Assembly (NCBI GenBank): GCA_012800435.1
Contig: JAAZJH010000009.1
Coordinates: forward strand, 6,658-70,657
Source of the DNA: Clostridiaceae bacterium
Lineage (GTDB): Bacteria; Bacillota; Clostridia; Saccharofermentanales; DTU023
Reading direction: 5' to 3'
DNA: 64,000 nt
Every line of letters begins with the position of its first letter. Positions within the stretch are counted from its first letter, which is position 1. The position numbers and the translations under genes were made by a program. Below, piece by piece: positions 1 through 10,284 of the stretch. The notes under the pieces are model-generated. The model had not been told where the DNA came from. It was given only the letters and a program-made list of their open reading frames with translations, and did no database searches.

Positions 1-2387
1 GGCACACAGAAGGCGCGTCTTCGTCGCATGAGAAGCCGTTGCGCCGGCGCGATATCGCGATCGCGCTCTCCGGCGATCCGGGTCTTGCGGAGAAACTCCA
101 TCAAGCATTGCTCGACTACGGCATCGACGCTTATCTTGACATCCGCAAACCCCTGATTCAAAGTTCTTTTCTTCGATCATTCATAGCCTTTTTACGCCTC
201 ACAGCGTACGATTTTACGATGAATGACCTCATGGCCTACTATCGCTGCGGTTTGTCGCCTATTGATGAGAGGACGATTGATCTTTTTGAAAACGCTGCGC
301 TCGCCGCCGGATGGCGCACTTCACGCGACTTTCGAAAGATTGTCTCCCTTGATCATGAAAAGATATGTCATGTGTTTGCCAAGAGCGGCATCGCTCCATC
401 TGATTGGGAAAGCGTAGCGACAGCGCTCCATCACATCCGTCAACTGCTTGAAAAGACATCTGCGATGCGTCAGGCACGGTCTGGCAGCGCCAAGTGCGCC
501 TTCCTTTTGGATCATCTTTTCAGCACATCTGAATCGCTAGACGTGAATAACGACCTCGCGGAGCGTGTTGCCGAAAGGCGCGATACTCTCTTGCAATATG
601 GGCGCGAGGACAGCGCCATTTTGCTTGTTTCTTCGTGGAACGCCACTGTCGATTTTCTCGTTGAGGCTTCCGAGATTCTTGGGAATACACGCATCTCACA
701 GGAGTCGTTTACGCGCATGATGGAAGCAGGTATTTCCGGACTGGAACTTTCTTCCATCCCCACAGGTGCTGATCGGATTCGTGTAGGGACATTGGAACAA
801 ATCGCAAATTGGCCGTGCCGCGTCCTCTATATCCTCGGAGCTACGGCCTCATCCTTTCCTCCGGACGCCGGACAAGAAGGATACCTGCGTGATGACGAGC
901 GAGACTGGCTCTCATCTTTTCTTGGAAAAACATTTCCCAACCGCAAAGCAAGCCTCCCCGCCGAGCAGGCTTGGTTGGTGCGCTCGCTCCTGTCGACAGC
1001 GAAGGACAGCGTGTCGCTTTTTTCCCCGACGCTTGGCGATGACGTCTCATCCGTTTTTAATGAACTTGAAAGTTTAGCTGAAGCACAATTAGTCGTATCC
1101 GAGCCTGACGAACATCCCGATATACGTTGGAATGCCCTTATACCGGCCACACGTCTCCTTCGAAGAAACAGAACCGTTCTGCCTTTTTGGCGACTGACTA
1201 TCGAAAAGAGCATAGCCGCTCAAGTTCAGGGACATGGAGAACCTTTCGATAGGGACGCTACCGCTTCCTTTTCTGAAGATGAGAATCGGCCGGATGCTAT
1301 GCCAAAAACACTGCAGGAGCGCGTCATCTCGTTGCCTCCGTCTTTCATCCTCAACGCTATGACCAACAGAAGAGGAATCAGTATCAGTCTTCTTCAGTCC
1401 TTTAATCAATGCCCCTTCGCGTTCTTCATCAATACGGTACTTGGTGCGAAAGAACGTACGATCGCCGAGGATGCGCCCAACTTACAAGGGGAGCTGCTGC
1501 ACCGTATGGTGGATTTGGCTGCATCGGATCTCGTTAAAGCATTAGCACGTGCCGTCAACACGGATGAAGCAGAAAAGGTCGCAAATTCTTGGCGAAATGC
1601 GCTTCAACAAACTTACCCTCGTGAACTCTATGATCGCGCCGCAAAGACGCCGGGATTCGGGTGGTATCGCCAATCGGATCTTGCTGCCGGAATCGGAGAA
1701 CGTATCGCTTTGCACGCGGCGGAGACACTGTTGGTGATGGACACTTTCAATCAGGCCTCCGGTTATCTTCCGAAAGCGCTTGAGGTTTATTTCCCTCAAA
1801 GCGATAAAAATCCGCTGACTATTACGTCAGACGGACAATCGTTCGTCCTTCGCGGACTGATTGATCGCGTAGACGCGAATCCGGCAGGCAACATTCGTCT
1901 CTTCGATTACAAGCGTACGGGCAAACCTTTCTCGTGGTCAGGGCTTTATGACGGCACTGATCTGCAGCTTCCTCTTTACAAGGCAGCCTTTGAAAAAGAA
2001 TGGCCCGACACGCACGTGCGGGAACTCTATTTTGCAGGATTTACGACACCCGTATCCAAAACACCGTCCGAATTCACAAATCGCAGGGACGAGGCCTTTG
2101 AAGAGTCGGTCAAACAGCTTGAGTCTCAGAAAAAAGTTTGGGATGAAGGCGATTCAGCCGATCGTGTCGCCCGCTATGCAAAAAAGCGAGCCACGCGTAC
2201 AATGGATGACATTCTTAAAGGTAACTTTGCCGCACGCCCCGCGCTCCGCGGATCCAATAACCCCTGCAGCTACTGTGAATGGCGAGCCTCCTGCGGATTT
2301 GACAGTCGATATGCCTCCGGCTCTCCACTTCTTTCAAGTGCCGCCGAAAACAAACGTCTCCGTGAACTCATCCTTAACGATGAATAA
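1..2387 (+). CDS. addB: AddB/RexB-type helicase-nuclease subunit B, C-terminal part (5' end outside the window)
   Basis: The frame is open from nt 3 to the window edge, so the listed TTG at 39 is probably internal. The C-terminal PD-(D/E)XK nuclease region carries the Cys cluster CPFAFF ... CSYCEWRASCGF, typical of the AddB Fe-S nuclease domain. Confidence 0.75.
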   Translation, partial: HTEGASSSHEKPLRRRDIAIALSGDPGLAEKLHQALLDYGIDAYLDIRKPLIQSSFLRSFIAFLRLTAYDFTMNDLMAYYRCGLSPIDERTIDLFENAALAAGWRTSRDFRKIVSLDHEKICHVFAKSGIAPSDWESVATALHHIRQLLEKTSAMRQARSGSAKCAFLLDHLFSTSESLDVNNDLAERVAERRDTLLQYGREDSAILLVSSWNATVDFLVEASEILGNTRISQESFTRMMEAGISGLELSSIPTGADRIRVGTLEQIANWPCRVLYILGATASSFPPDAGQEGYLRDDERDWLSSFLGKTFPNRKASLPAEQAWLVRSLLSTAKDSVSLFSPTLGDDVSSVFNELESLAEAQLVVSEPDEHPDIRWNALIPATRLLRRNRTVLPFWRLTIEKSIAAQVQGHGEPFDRDATASFSEDENRPDAMPKTLQERVISLPPSFILNAMTNRRGISISLLQSFNQCPFAFFINTVLGAKERTIAEDAPNLQGELLHRMVDLAASDLVKALARAVNTDEAEKVANSWRNALQQTYPRELYDRAAKTPGFGWYRQSDLAAGIGERIALHAAETLLVMDTFNQASGYLPKALEVYFPQSDKNPLTITSDGQSFVLRGLIDRVDANPAGNIRLFDYKRTGKPFSWSGLYDGTDLQLPLYKAAFEKEWPDTHVRELYFAGFTTPVSKTPSEFTNRRDEAFEESVKQLESQKKVWDEGDSADRVARYAKKRATRTMDDILKGNFAARPALRGSNNPCSYCEWRASCGFDSRYASGSPLLSSAAENKRLRELILNDE

Positions 2388-2456
2388 AACAAAAGGTGCA
2401 TGGCGTTACATAGCCTGTCTTTGACGATGAACTTTCTTAGATATTAAAAGGACTCA

Positions 2457-3488
2457 TCAGCCGATCTCACATGATCCGCGCGAAGCGCGAGCGCCTAACG
2501 GCAGAACGCGCGGAGCCAGCGCGTCCCACTGCATTTTCAGATAGCGCGCGTGCTGTTCCCGATCAGAAGTGACAAACTCAAACGTCAAATAATCCGGATT
2601 GATTCGCTCAATAAGGAGATCAACGCCGGAACAAGTAAACGGTAAATGCCGATCAACCTTAAACGCGTGTGAATACATCTGGTTCATCCGCCCGGCAAAC
2701 GTAGGCGACATAACGGGAGGATCCGCAGTGACGGCTTCACTGTAATCGCCCGTCAGCGATTGATGCAGATGGACGCCGCGTATTTTTTTCATTAAACCTC
2801 CATGCTCATCGAGGCGCTGGTGAATATAACAAAGCGCTTCTTCCTCTGAGGCAAGGTTCGTATCGGTATGCATGAGATGACCGGTGTCAAGCATCAGACC
2901 TGTGTTAGGGTAGTTGATTTTTTCAAGCAGACGTCTTGTGTTATCGGGTGATGTAAATGTGAGTCCAGGTTGCCATAAATTTTCAAGCAGTAATATGATC
3001 GATCCGTCCTCGTCCGCAAAAACCTCGTTCAAAATCTCGGACGAAGCACTAATGACTTCTTCGTCCGTATGTCGATAACGCCAAGTGAATGTCTCTTCAA
3101 TTGAAGCCTGTGAAACGTGAAAAACAACATATTCCGCTTCATACTGATGCGCGAGTTTGAGATCTTCTCTAAAAACCCGTACAAGTGCCTCGCGATCGCA
3201 CCCTCCAAAGATCCGTTCAACATTCTCGAGATGATCAAATTCCCGTATGAGCGCATCCTTATTGCCGCGCCAAAGATCGATCCAGCTCGGGAAATAACGC
3301 ATGTGAAAACCGATAACATGCTTAGGCTCAATAACAAAGGAATGAGAAGACAGCTTATCCGATTCTTCAGGTTCAACATATATGAGTTCTACACCGTCAA
3401 ACCCGCGAAGATATGTCTCAAAATCCGCTTTTGATGCAAAACGATTCAGATCGTCAGAACAATTGCTGATGTTAAACGTTACTTTCAT
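2457..3488 (-). CDS. Xylose-isomerase-like TIM-barrel protein (sugar phosphate isomerase/epimerase family)
   Basis: 343-aa ORF with the family metal-ligand pattern VVFHV, LLLENL, LDTGHLMH, VHLHQ. It starts 12 nt after the cobT stop, so it is probably co-transcribed. Confidence 0.7.
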   Translation of the reverse strand: MKVTFNISNCSDDLNRFASKADFETYLRGFDGVELIYVEPEESDKLSSHSFVIEPKHVIGFHMRYFPSWIDLWRGNKDALIREFDHLENVERIFGGCDREALVRVFREDLKLAHQYEAEYVVFHVSQASIEETFTWRYRHTDEEVISASSEILNEVFADEDGSIILLLENLWQPGLTFTSPDNTRRLLEKINYPNTGLMLDTGHLMHTDTNLASEEEALCYIHQRLDEHGGLMKKIRGVHLHQSLTGDYSEAVTADPPVMSPTFAGRMNQMYSHAFKVDRHLPFTCSGVDLLIERINPDYLTFEFVTSDREQHARYLKMQWDALAPRVLPLGARASRGSCEIG

Positions 3489-3500
3489 AAAGATACGCGT

Positions 3501-4556
3501 TTACACATTATGAACGTCATAGGGAGCAAGTCCTATGTCGTCGAACGAGACCATGCCGTTGTAGACCGACAACGCCATATCAAGGAGAGGTAAAGCACAT
3601 AGGGCGCCTGTGCCTTCACCGAGACGCATATTAGCCTTTATGAATGTTTTTATGCCGAGGACGTTGAGAAGCTTTTTCGCGGAAGGCTCCGAAGACAAAT
3701 GTGTTGCGAAAATGGCTTGCGACGCAGCAGGACAAATGCTTTTTGCCACAAGCGCAGCGGTGGCACTGATGACACCGTCGACGAGCACGGGAATGCGATA
3801 CAGCGCACCTCCGATGAAAAGACCGGCCATCCCTGCAATGTCAAGACCGCCGACTTTTGAAACGACATCGAGCGCATCCTTCGGATCGGGTTGATTGATG
3901 TCTATCGCCCTCGATATTACATGCTGTTTTCGCACAAGTCCTTCTTCTGAAAGGCCTGCGCCGCGCCCCGCGACCATTTTCGACGATTCACCGAGCAATA
4001 CGGCAGCAACGGCGCCGGACGTGGTCGTGTTGCCTATACCCATTTCTCCGGAAATGAGCACCAGGTAGCCCTTGTCATGGAGTTTTTTAGCAATATTGAT
4101 ACCGCATTCGATCGCGCGCTCGGCATCTTCTCGAGACATGGCTGGCCCCTTCATAATATTCGATGTTCCTTTGAGAATATTGCAATCACAAATGCCCGGT
4201 ACGTCATAGCACATACCGATATCAACGGGAAAGACATCCGCGCGTGCGACACGCGCCATTAAACAGACGGCAGATTGACCCTTGAGCATATTGCCTGCTA
4301 CAAGTGCGGTAACATCCTGTCCTGTTTGTGTAACACCTTCTTCAACGACACCGTTGTCGGCACAAAAAACGACGACTGCGCGTCGGTCGATGCATATTTT
4401 TATCGTGCCGGTCAACGCAGCAATCTCAACGATCGCGTCCTCCAACAATCCTAAACTGCCGATCGGTTTAGCAATATTATTCCAGCGATCACGCGCGCAT
4501 TGTGCCGCTGTTTCATCTCGCGGAGGAATGGCTGCATTGATTTTTTTGAAGTCCAT
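3501..4556 (-). CDS. cobT: Nicotinate-nucleotide--dimethylbenzimidazole phosphoribosyltransferase
   Basis: N-terminus RDRWNNIAKPIGSLGLLED, GEMGIGNTT and the C-terminal LGEGTGA motif are classic CobT. I chose the second ATG (4556) because AAGGAG lies 7 nt upstream; the first ATG (4562) abuts the SD. Confidence 0.9.
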   Translation of the reverse strand: MDFKKINAAIPPRDETAAQCARDRWNNIAKPIGSLGLLEDAIVEIAALTGTIKICIDRRAVVVFCADNGVVEEGVTQTGQDVTALVAGNMLKGQSAVCLMARVARADVFPVDIGMCYDVPGICDCNILKGTSNIMKGPAMSREDAERAIECGINIAKKLHDKGYLVLISGEMGIGNTTTSGAVAAVLLGESSKMVAGRGAGLSEEGLVRKQHVISRAIDINQPDPKDALDVVSKVGGLDIAGMAGLFIGGALYRIPVLVDGVISATAALVAKSICPAASQAIFATHLSSEPSAKKLLNVLGIKTFIKANMRLGEGTGALCALPLLDMALSVYNGMVSFDDIGLAPYDVHNV

Positions 4557-4701
4557 GGCCATACTCCTTCTTCCTGCTAACTCGCGATAAAAGCAGTCAG
4601 GTAAACAAATATGGATATTTGCCGGTGACGATCAACGCGAACGGTACCGGCGTTTCACCTGCACCGCAACATGATCAACGATTCAACCTTTGAATATCAG
4701 A

Positions 4702-6558
4702 TTACCCGATCAGCTTCTCCATAGCATCCAACTGGCGCTCAAAAACATCGAGCGCACGGACGATGGTATCTTTTTTTGTCATGTCTACGCCGGCGCGCTT
4801 TAACGTGCCGATGGGCCAGTCCGAAGAACCGGAGGAAAGGAATTCAAGGTAACGATCGACTGCCGTCTGTCCCTTGGTGAGTATGGCATCTGCGAGGGCG
4901 GTTGCGGCGGCATAACCGGTCGCGTATTGGAAAACGTAGTAGTTGTAGTAGAAGTGAGGGATACGCGCCCACTCAAACGCGATTTCAGGATCGACGGACA
5001 AGCTTTTGCCATAGTATTTCCGGTTGAGTTCGGCATATTGTTCGGAGAGGTATTCGGCCGTGAGGGCAACACCCTGCTCATCCGCCTGATGAATCAGATG
5101 TTCAAATTCCGCGAATTGTGTCTGGCGAAAAACGGTGCCCTTGAATCCATCAAGGAAATGATTGAGCACGTACGCTTTAACGTTATCGTCTTTAGCGTGG
5201 TCAAGCAGATAGGCCGTGAGAAGTACTTCATTACAGGTAGACGCAATTTCAGCAAGGAAAATCGAGTAATTGCCGTACACATAAGGCTGAGTCTGACGTG
5301 TCATCTTTGAATGGCAACTATGACCAAGTTCATGCGCAAGCGTATAGAGGTTATCGAGTGTCCCATGCCAGTTCATCAGAACAAAAGGATTCGTACAATA
5401 AGAACCGCCTGAGTAAGCGCCGGAGCGTTTACCGATGTTCGGCGCCCAGTCGATCCAGCGTTCATCAAACGCCTGATGCAGAAGCGCGACATAATCATTT
5501 CCAAGGGGAGCGAGCGCTTTATAGAGAATCTCTTTTGCTTCGTCGACGGTATAGCGATGATCGACATCCTCAACAAGTGACACATATAGATCATACGAGT
5601 GGAGTTTGCTGACACCGAGGATGCGTTTACGAAGCCGCACATAACGGTGCAGCAGCGGCAAGTGATCATGAACGGCTTCAATCAGGCTGTCGTACACAGA
5701 CTCCGGAACGGCATTTTCAAAAAGTGCAGCTTCACGACCCGATTCAAAGCGCCTAACGTTCTTGATATATGTGTTCACCTTTATCGTATTCGAAAGTGTT
5801 GAGGCACAGGTATTGCGAAACTGTCCAAACGTTTCGTACATGCTACGGAAGGCATCACGACGCACACGACGGGTGCGATTTTCTAAGAAAACGCCATACA
5901 AAGAGGGTGTCAAATCGACTTTATTCCCATTCTCGTCTTTGATCGGCTTAAACGACATATCGGCGTCGCAGAGTATACCGTATGTTTCTTCCGATGCCGT
6001 GAAAATCTGAGACGCGCGCGCAAGCAAAGCCTCTTCATTCGGCTCAAGTTGATGCGGTTTCTGGCGACTGATGTTTTCAAAAAAATGCCGATATTCTCGA
6101 AGCGCCGGCATTTCTTCCATGAATTGCTCGAGTGTTTTTTCTGAGATGGACGCGACTTCAGGTTCAAACCACGCAGCCTCCCCCATCAGCTCGGCTAATA
6201 AAGCACCGACCCGCGCTTTCATCGCAAGATATACGGTGTTGGCAGTGTCTTCATCGCTCCGATGAAAAGCATACACAAATAGTTTGCCGAGTGCCATTTC
6301 GACCGATTCTTTCAGATGAATTGCCTCCAAGAGTGTCTCGGAAGAAGATTTAAGCTGACCTTGGTAAGCCCCAAACGTTCCTCTCTTGCTTTTCAACTCG
6401 GAAAACGCCTTTTCCCAAGCGTCATCGTCTACAAAGACCGTCGTGAGGTCCCACGTCTGTTCAATCGGCACATCGCTACGTTTCAACGGTGCAGAGGCAG
6501 AGGTTTTCCGCAGCTCCGGTGACAACAGGCCTTGTGATTGATTAAATATCGTATTCAT
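4702..6558 (-). CDS. pepF: Oligoendopeptidase F (M3B metallopeptidase)
   Basis: 618 aa with HELGH zinc motif and PepF-like length and architecture. AAGGAG RBS lies 11 nt upstream. Confidence 0.9.
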   Translation of the reverse strand: MNTIFNQSQGLLSPELRKTSASAPLKRSDVPIEQTWDLTTVFVDDDAWEKAFSELKSKRGTFGAYQGQLKSSSETLLEAIHLKESVEMALGKLFVYAFHRSDEDTANTVYLAMKARVGALLAELMGEAAWFEPEVASISEKTLEQFMEEMPALREYRHFFENISRQKPHQLEPNEEALLARASQIFTASEETYGILCDADMSFKPIKDENGNKVDLTPSLYGVFLENRTRRVRRDAFRSMYETFGQFRNTCASTLSNTIKVNTYIKNVRRFESGREAALFENAVPESVYDSLIEAVHDHLPLLHRYVRLRKRILGVSKLHSYDLYVSLVEDVDHRYTVDEAKEILYKALAPLGNDYVALLHQAFDERWIDWAPNIGKRSGAYSGGSYCTNPFVLMNWHGTLDNLYTLAHELGHSCHSKMTRQTQPYVYGNYSIFLAEIASTCNEVLLTAYLLDHAKDDNVKAYVLNHFLDGFKGTVFRQTQFAEFEHLIHQADEQGVALTAEYLSEQYAELNRKYYGKSLSVDPEIAFEWARIPHFYYNYYVFQYATGYAAATALADAILTKGQTAVDRYLEFLSSGSSDWPIGTLKRAGVDMTKKDTIVRALDVFERQLDAMEKLIG

Positions 6559-6633
6559 ACTAAAAGATGCTCCTTAGTAATTATTTTTACGCGCGGAAGT
6601 GTGCCAAACCAGATTTGAGTAATAATGTTATCC

Positions 6634-9264
6634 TCACAGCTCATCGTCTTCATCAGACGGTTCGGCATCTTCGAATTCAGATCTGTCGTATTCGTGCGCA
6701 GACGGGTCGGCGTCTTCTATATCGCTCTCCGTATCGCGGATTTCATCGTGTTTGATTTCGTCTTCCTCGTCGATCACGATCGACATATCGACGACTTTGC
6801 CGTCACGGCTGCGCATGAGCGTAACACCTGAAGTGTTTCTTCCCTGAATGGGGATTTCTCCCGCAGGTATACGGATGATGATGCCCTGATCGTTGATGAG
6901 AAGAATTTCACTCTCGTCATCGACTTGCGCGGCGCCGACAAGCCTGCCGGTTTTCTTTGTGACTTTATACGTAATAAGTCCCTTGCCGGCACGGTTTTGC
7001 GGACGGTAATCCTCAAGTCGAGAGCGTTTGCCGTAACCTTTTTCGGTCACGACAAGGAGAGAATCGTCATGATCAGTCGTGACCATGCCGATGACTTCAT
7101 CGTCATCATCAAGACGGATGCCGCGCACGCCCATTGTGTTGCGTCCTGTCGGTCGAATGCTCGACTCGGGGAAACGGATCGACATGCCGTTGCGCGTAAC
7201 GAGGATAATATCGTGGTGATCATCGGCGATCCGGACATTTGTCAGTCGGTCATCTTCGCGTAAGTTGATCGCGATGAGACCGCTTCTGTAAATATTGGAG
7301 TATTCGGAAAGCGCCGTCTTCTTTACCATGCCTCGGCGTGTAGCTATGACAAGGTAATCGCCGTCCTTTGGCGTATCCGCCCGCAAAAAGGTGCGAACAC
7401 GCTCGTCGGGATCAAGATGCAAAAGGTTGACGATAGCGATGCCGCGAGCCTGCCGACTCGCTTCGGGAATCTGGTATCCCTTAAGGCGATAACATTTCCC
7501 GAAATTGGTGAAAAAGATGAGATTCTGGTGGGTCGAGGTTGTAAGGATGGTATCAACGACATCGTCTTCCCGTGTTTGCATAGCGGTAATTCCGCGACCG
7601 CCACGGTGCTGAATCTCATAAACGTCGACGGGCATGCGTTTGATGTAACCTGCCCGGGTCATCGCAATGACGACTTGCTCTTCTTCAATCAAATCTTCGT
7701 CTTCAATCTCAAACTCACCTCCGGGCAGTATCTCAGTTCGACGGTCATCGCCATATCGATTTGCAATGTCGCGAAGCTCGTCTTTCATGACTCCGTGCAA
7801 AAGCGTTTCATTGGCAAGGAGGTGTTTATAGCCCGTGATGCGATCGGTAAGTTCCTCATGCTCCGCCACCAGCTTATCACGTTCGAGACCTGAAAGACGG
7901 CCAAGCCGCATATCTACTACATGTTGCGCCTGTTTCTCCGATAAAGCGAAGCGGGAGCAGAGGTTTTGCTTGGCTTCGGTTTCGTCTTTGGACTGACGGA
8001 TGATCGTGATAACTTCATCAATGTGGTCAATCGCGAGCTGCAAACCCTCGACCAAATGAAGACGGGCTTCAGCTCTATTGAGATCAAACGTGATTCGACG
8101 CGTGACAACTTCCTTCTGATGAATGATGAACTGCGTCAACATGTCTTTCAGCGTCAGGCGCATGGGGACGTATTTTCCATCCTCGGGAATGAGAGCCACC
8201 ATGTTGGCGCTAAAGGAGTCTTGCAGTTGCGTATGACGGTAGAGTTGATTGAGGACAACGGCAGGCGTCGCGTCGCGTTTTAATTCGACAACGATACGCA
8301 CTTCATCATGTCGGTCAGATTCATCGCGCACATCGGAGATACCGTCAATGCGCTTATCTTTTACGAGATCGGCAATGCGTTCAATAAGGCGCGCCTTATT
8401 GACCATATAAGGAAGTGAATGAAGGATGATGCGATAACGATTCGTTTGCCACGGAAGAATTTCCGCGTGACCGCGCACGATGATGCTGCCGCGACCACGG
8501 TAGTATGCCGCGCGTGTTCCGGTCGTTCCCATGATTTGAGCGCCTGTCGGAAAATCGGGCGCCGGAATGTACTCCATGAGGTCTTCGATCGTCGCGTCCG
8601 GATTATCGATAAGGTAGATGGTGCCTTCAACCACTTCGCGAAGATTGTGAGGCGGAATATTCGTCACCATTCCGACCGCGATGCCGGTTGAACCGGAGAC
8701 AAGTAAATTGGGAAAACCGGCAGGGAGCACGACGGGTTCCACATGGCGGTCGTCATAGTTCGGTTGAAAATCGACTGTATCCTTATTGATATCCGCCATC
8801 ATCTCGCCGGCGATGCGCGTCAGACGTGCTTCCGTATAACGGTAAGCTGCGGGAGGATCGCCATCGCGCGATCCGAAGTTTCCCTGACCGTCTATCAGCG
8901 GATAGCGCATGGAAAAAGGCTGCGCAAGGCGTACAAGGGCGTCATATACGCTGGCGTCACCATGCGGATGGAAACGTCCGAGCACATCACCGACGGTTGT
9001 CGCGCTCTTGCGGTATGGTTTATCCCATGTAAAACCCTGCGTATAAAGAGAATACAAAATACGCCGGTGAACCGGTTTTAATCCGTCACGCACATCCGGC
9101 AGCGCCCGATCAGAAATCACGCTCATCGCGTAGTCGATAAACGATTTTTTCATCTCATCTTCAAGATCTACAGGGATGACAAGATTGTCCGGATTTTGGA
9201 ACGCGGCATCCACTTCCGCTTCTCGAAGATGATAGTCATTTTTAATGTCAGGCTCTTGAGCCAT
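6634..9264 (-). CDS. gyrA: DNA gyrase subunit A
   Basis: N-terminal [28 protein letters not shown] with the AAYRYTE active-site Tyr region. The GyrA-box-like HRGGRGI in the CTD favours GyrA over ParC. GGAGGA RBS. About 45-aa acidic C-terminal tail. Confidence 0.95.
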   Translation of the reverse strand: MAQEPDIKNDYHLREAEVDAAFQNPDNLVIPVDLEDEMKKSFIDYAMSVISDRALPDVRDGLKPVHRRILYSLYTQGFTWDKPYRKSATTVGDVLGRFHPHGDASVYDALVRLAQPFSMRYPLIDGQGNFGSRDGDPPAAYRYTEARLTRIAGEMMADINKDTVDFQPNYDDRHVEPVVLPAGFPNLLVSGSTGIAVGMVTNIPPHNLREVVEGTIYLIDNPDATIEDLMEYIPAPDFPTGAQIMGTTGTRAAYYRGRGSIIVRGHAEILPWQTNRYRIILHSLPYMVNKARLIERIADLVKDKRIDGISDVRDESDRHDEVRIVVELKRDATPAVVLNQLYRHTQLQDSFSANMVALIPEDGKYVPMRLTLKDMLTQFIIHQKEVVTRRITFDLNRAEARLHLVEGLQLAIDHIDEVITIIRQSKDETEAKQNLCSRFALSEKQAQHVVDMRLGRLSGLERDKLVAEHEELTDRITGYKHLLANETLLHGVMKDELRDIANRYGDDRRTEILPGGEFEIEDEDLIEEEQVVIAMTRAGYIKRMPVDVYEIQHRGGRGITAMQTREDDVVDTILTTSTHQNLIFFTNFGKCYRLKGYQIPEASRQARGIAIVNLLHLDPDERVRTFLRADTPKDGDYLVIATRRGMVKKTALSEYSNIYRSGLIAINLREDDRLTNVRIADDHHDIILVTRNGMSIRFPESSIRPTGRNTMGVRGIRLDDDDEVIGMVTTDHDDSLLVVTEKGYGKRSRLEDYRPQNRAGKGLITYKVTKKTGRLVGAAQVDDESEILLINDQGIIIRIPAGEIPIQGRNTSGVTLMRSRDGKVVDMSIVIDEEDEIKHDEIRDTESDIEDADPSAHEYDRSEFEDAEPSDEDDEL

Positions 9265-9563
9265 AAAGTCCTCCTAAGGATACTGTGTCCGGCACAAACG
9301 GCGAGAGTTTTTTCACCTTTTCTTGATGTGCCGCGCGTCTATTCTCGCTTTACAAAGAAAGGCTATCGTTCCGGTGCAAACGCCCCAAAACGCTTCCTGT
9401 CAGTTCTTGTAAAAAATACGGAAAACAGCGAGATATTCAGGTTTTTTGCTCTTTTATTTTACCACAAAACAGGCAATAAATGGTCGGTTTTGAGCAAGAA
9501 TCATCCGGCGTTCTTACACGATACAAGGCAGAAAAAGATGAGAAAAAATATAGATGAAAATCA

Positions 9564-10271
9564 TTACAGCGGTCGACGCTTGATGGCTGCCGTGCGCCTC
9601 GGGTAACGTGGCAAGGTGGCGGTTCTTTTTCGGATGATAATGATAGTGAAAGGCACATCGATTTCGAAGAGCTCATATCGATAAATCTCTTCAAGCTCCC
9701 CGCCAAGCAGACCGATCGCTCGCTTGGCCTCTTCGGTCTCATCATCACGTCCTTTCATGGCAATAAAAAGGCCCTCCAACTTAACGAAGGGAAGGCAATA
9801 TTCTGCCAAAACAGGTAGCGATGTCACGGCACGCGCGATCGCAACATCGTATTTTTCACGGTGACAAAGATCATGTCCCAGTTCTTCTGCGCGGCCATGA
9901 ATTACGCGAGGAATCAATGTTTCCGCAAAAAGTTGCCTGACGACACTTTCCAGAAAACGAACTCGTTTAGCAGCAGCATCAAGCAGGGTCATATTAAGAT
10001 CCGGACGCGCGATGAAAAGCGGTATTCCGGGGAAGCCGGCACCTGTTCCGACATCAATAACGGAGGCGCCTTCAGCAATAAAACGCGCAGGCGTCCAGCA
10101 GTCTTGAAGATGTCGGGTCGCGACGGCAAACGGCTCGGTAATGGCCGTGAGGTTAACGGACTGATTCGCCTCAAGAAGAACGTCGATAAAGTGTGCCGTC
10201 TTCCTCAACAGCTCAAGTGTTGGAGGAATACCGGCATGCTCTGCAGCTAATTTGATGAGAGAAGCATCCAT
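9564..10271 (-). CDS. rsmG: 16S rRNA (guanine527-N7)-methyltransferase
   Basis: 235 aa with SAM motif VIDVGTGAGFPGIPL. Canonical position directly after mnmG. Confidence 0.9.
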   Translation of the reverse strand: MDASLIKLAAEHAGIPPTLELLRKTAHFIDVLLEANQSVNLTAITEPFAVATRHLQDCWTPARFIAEGASVIDVGTGAGFPGIPLFIARPDLNMTLLDAAAKRVRFLESVVRQLFAETLIPRVIHGRAEELGHDLCHREKYDVAIARAVTSLPVLAEYCLPFVKLEGLFIAMKGRDDETEEAKRAIGLLGGELEEIYRYELFEIDVPFTIIIIRKRTATLPRYPRRTAAIKRRPL

Positions 10272-10284
10272 AGAAAGTCTTTCT

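Noticed and set aside
4563-4701. Cobalamin riboswitch upstream of cobT.
   Set aside because: The gap is only 139 nt and also has to hold the pepF terminator-like hairpin (GCCGGT...ACCGGC). I see no B12-box (GCCACTG-type) and none of the conserved GGTG...AATCC core beyond a chance AGGTGAAA.
9265-9563. oriC or a DnaA-box cluster in the gaps flanking the rpmH-rsmG cluster (also 16972-17084 and 15870-16062).
   Set aside because: No TTATCCACA/TGTGGATAA matches and no clustered near-matches were seen. The gaps are explained by gyrA and rpmH promoters and terminator hairpins.
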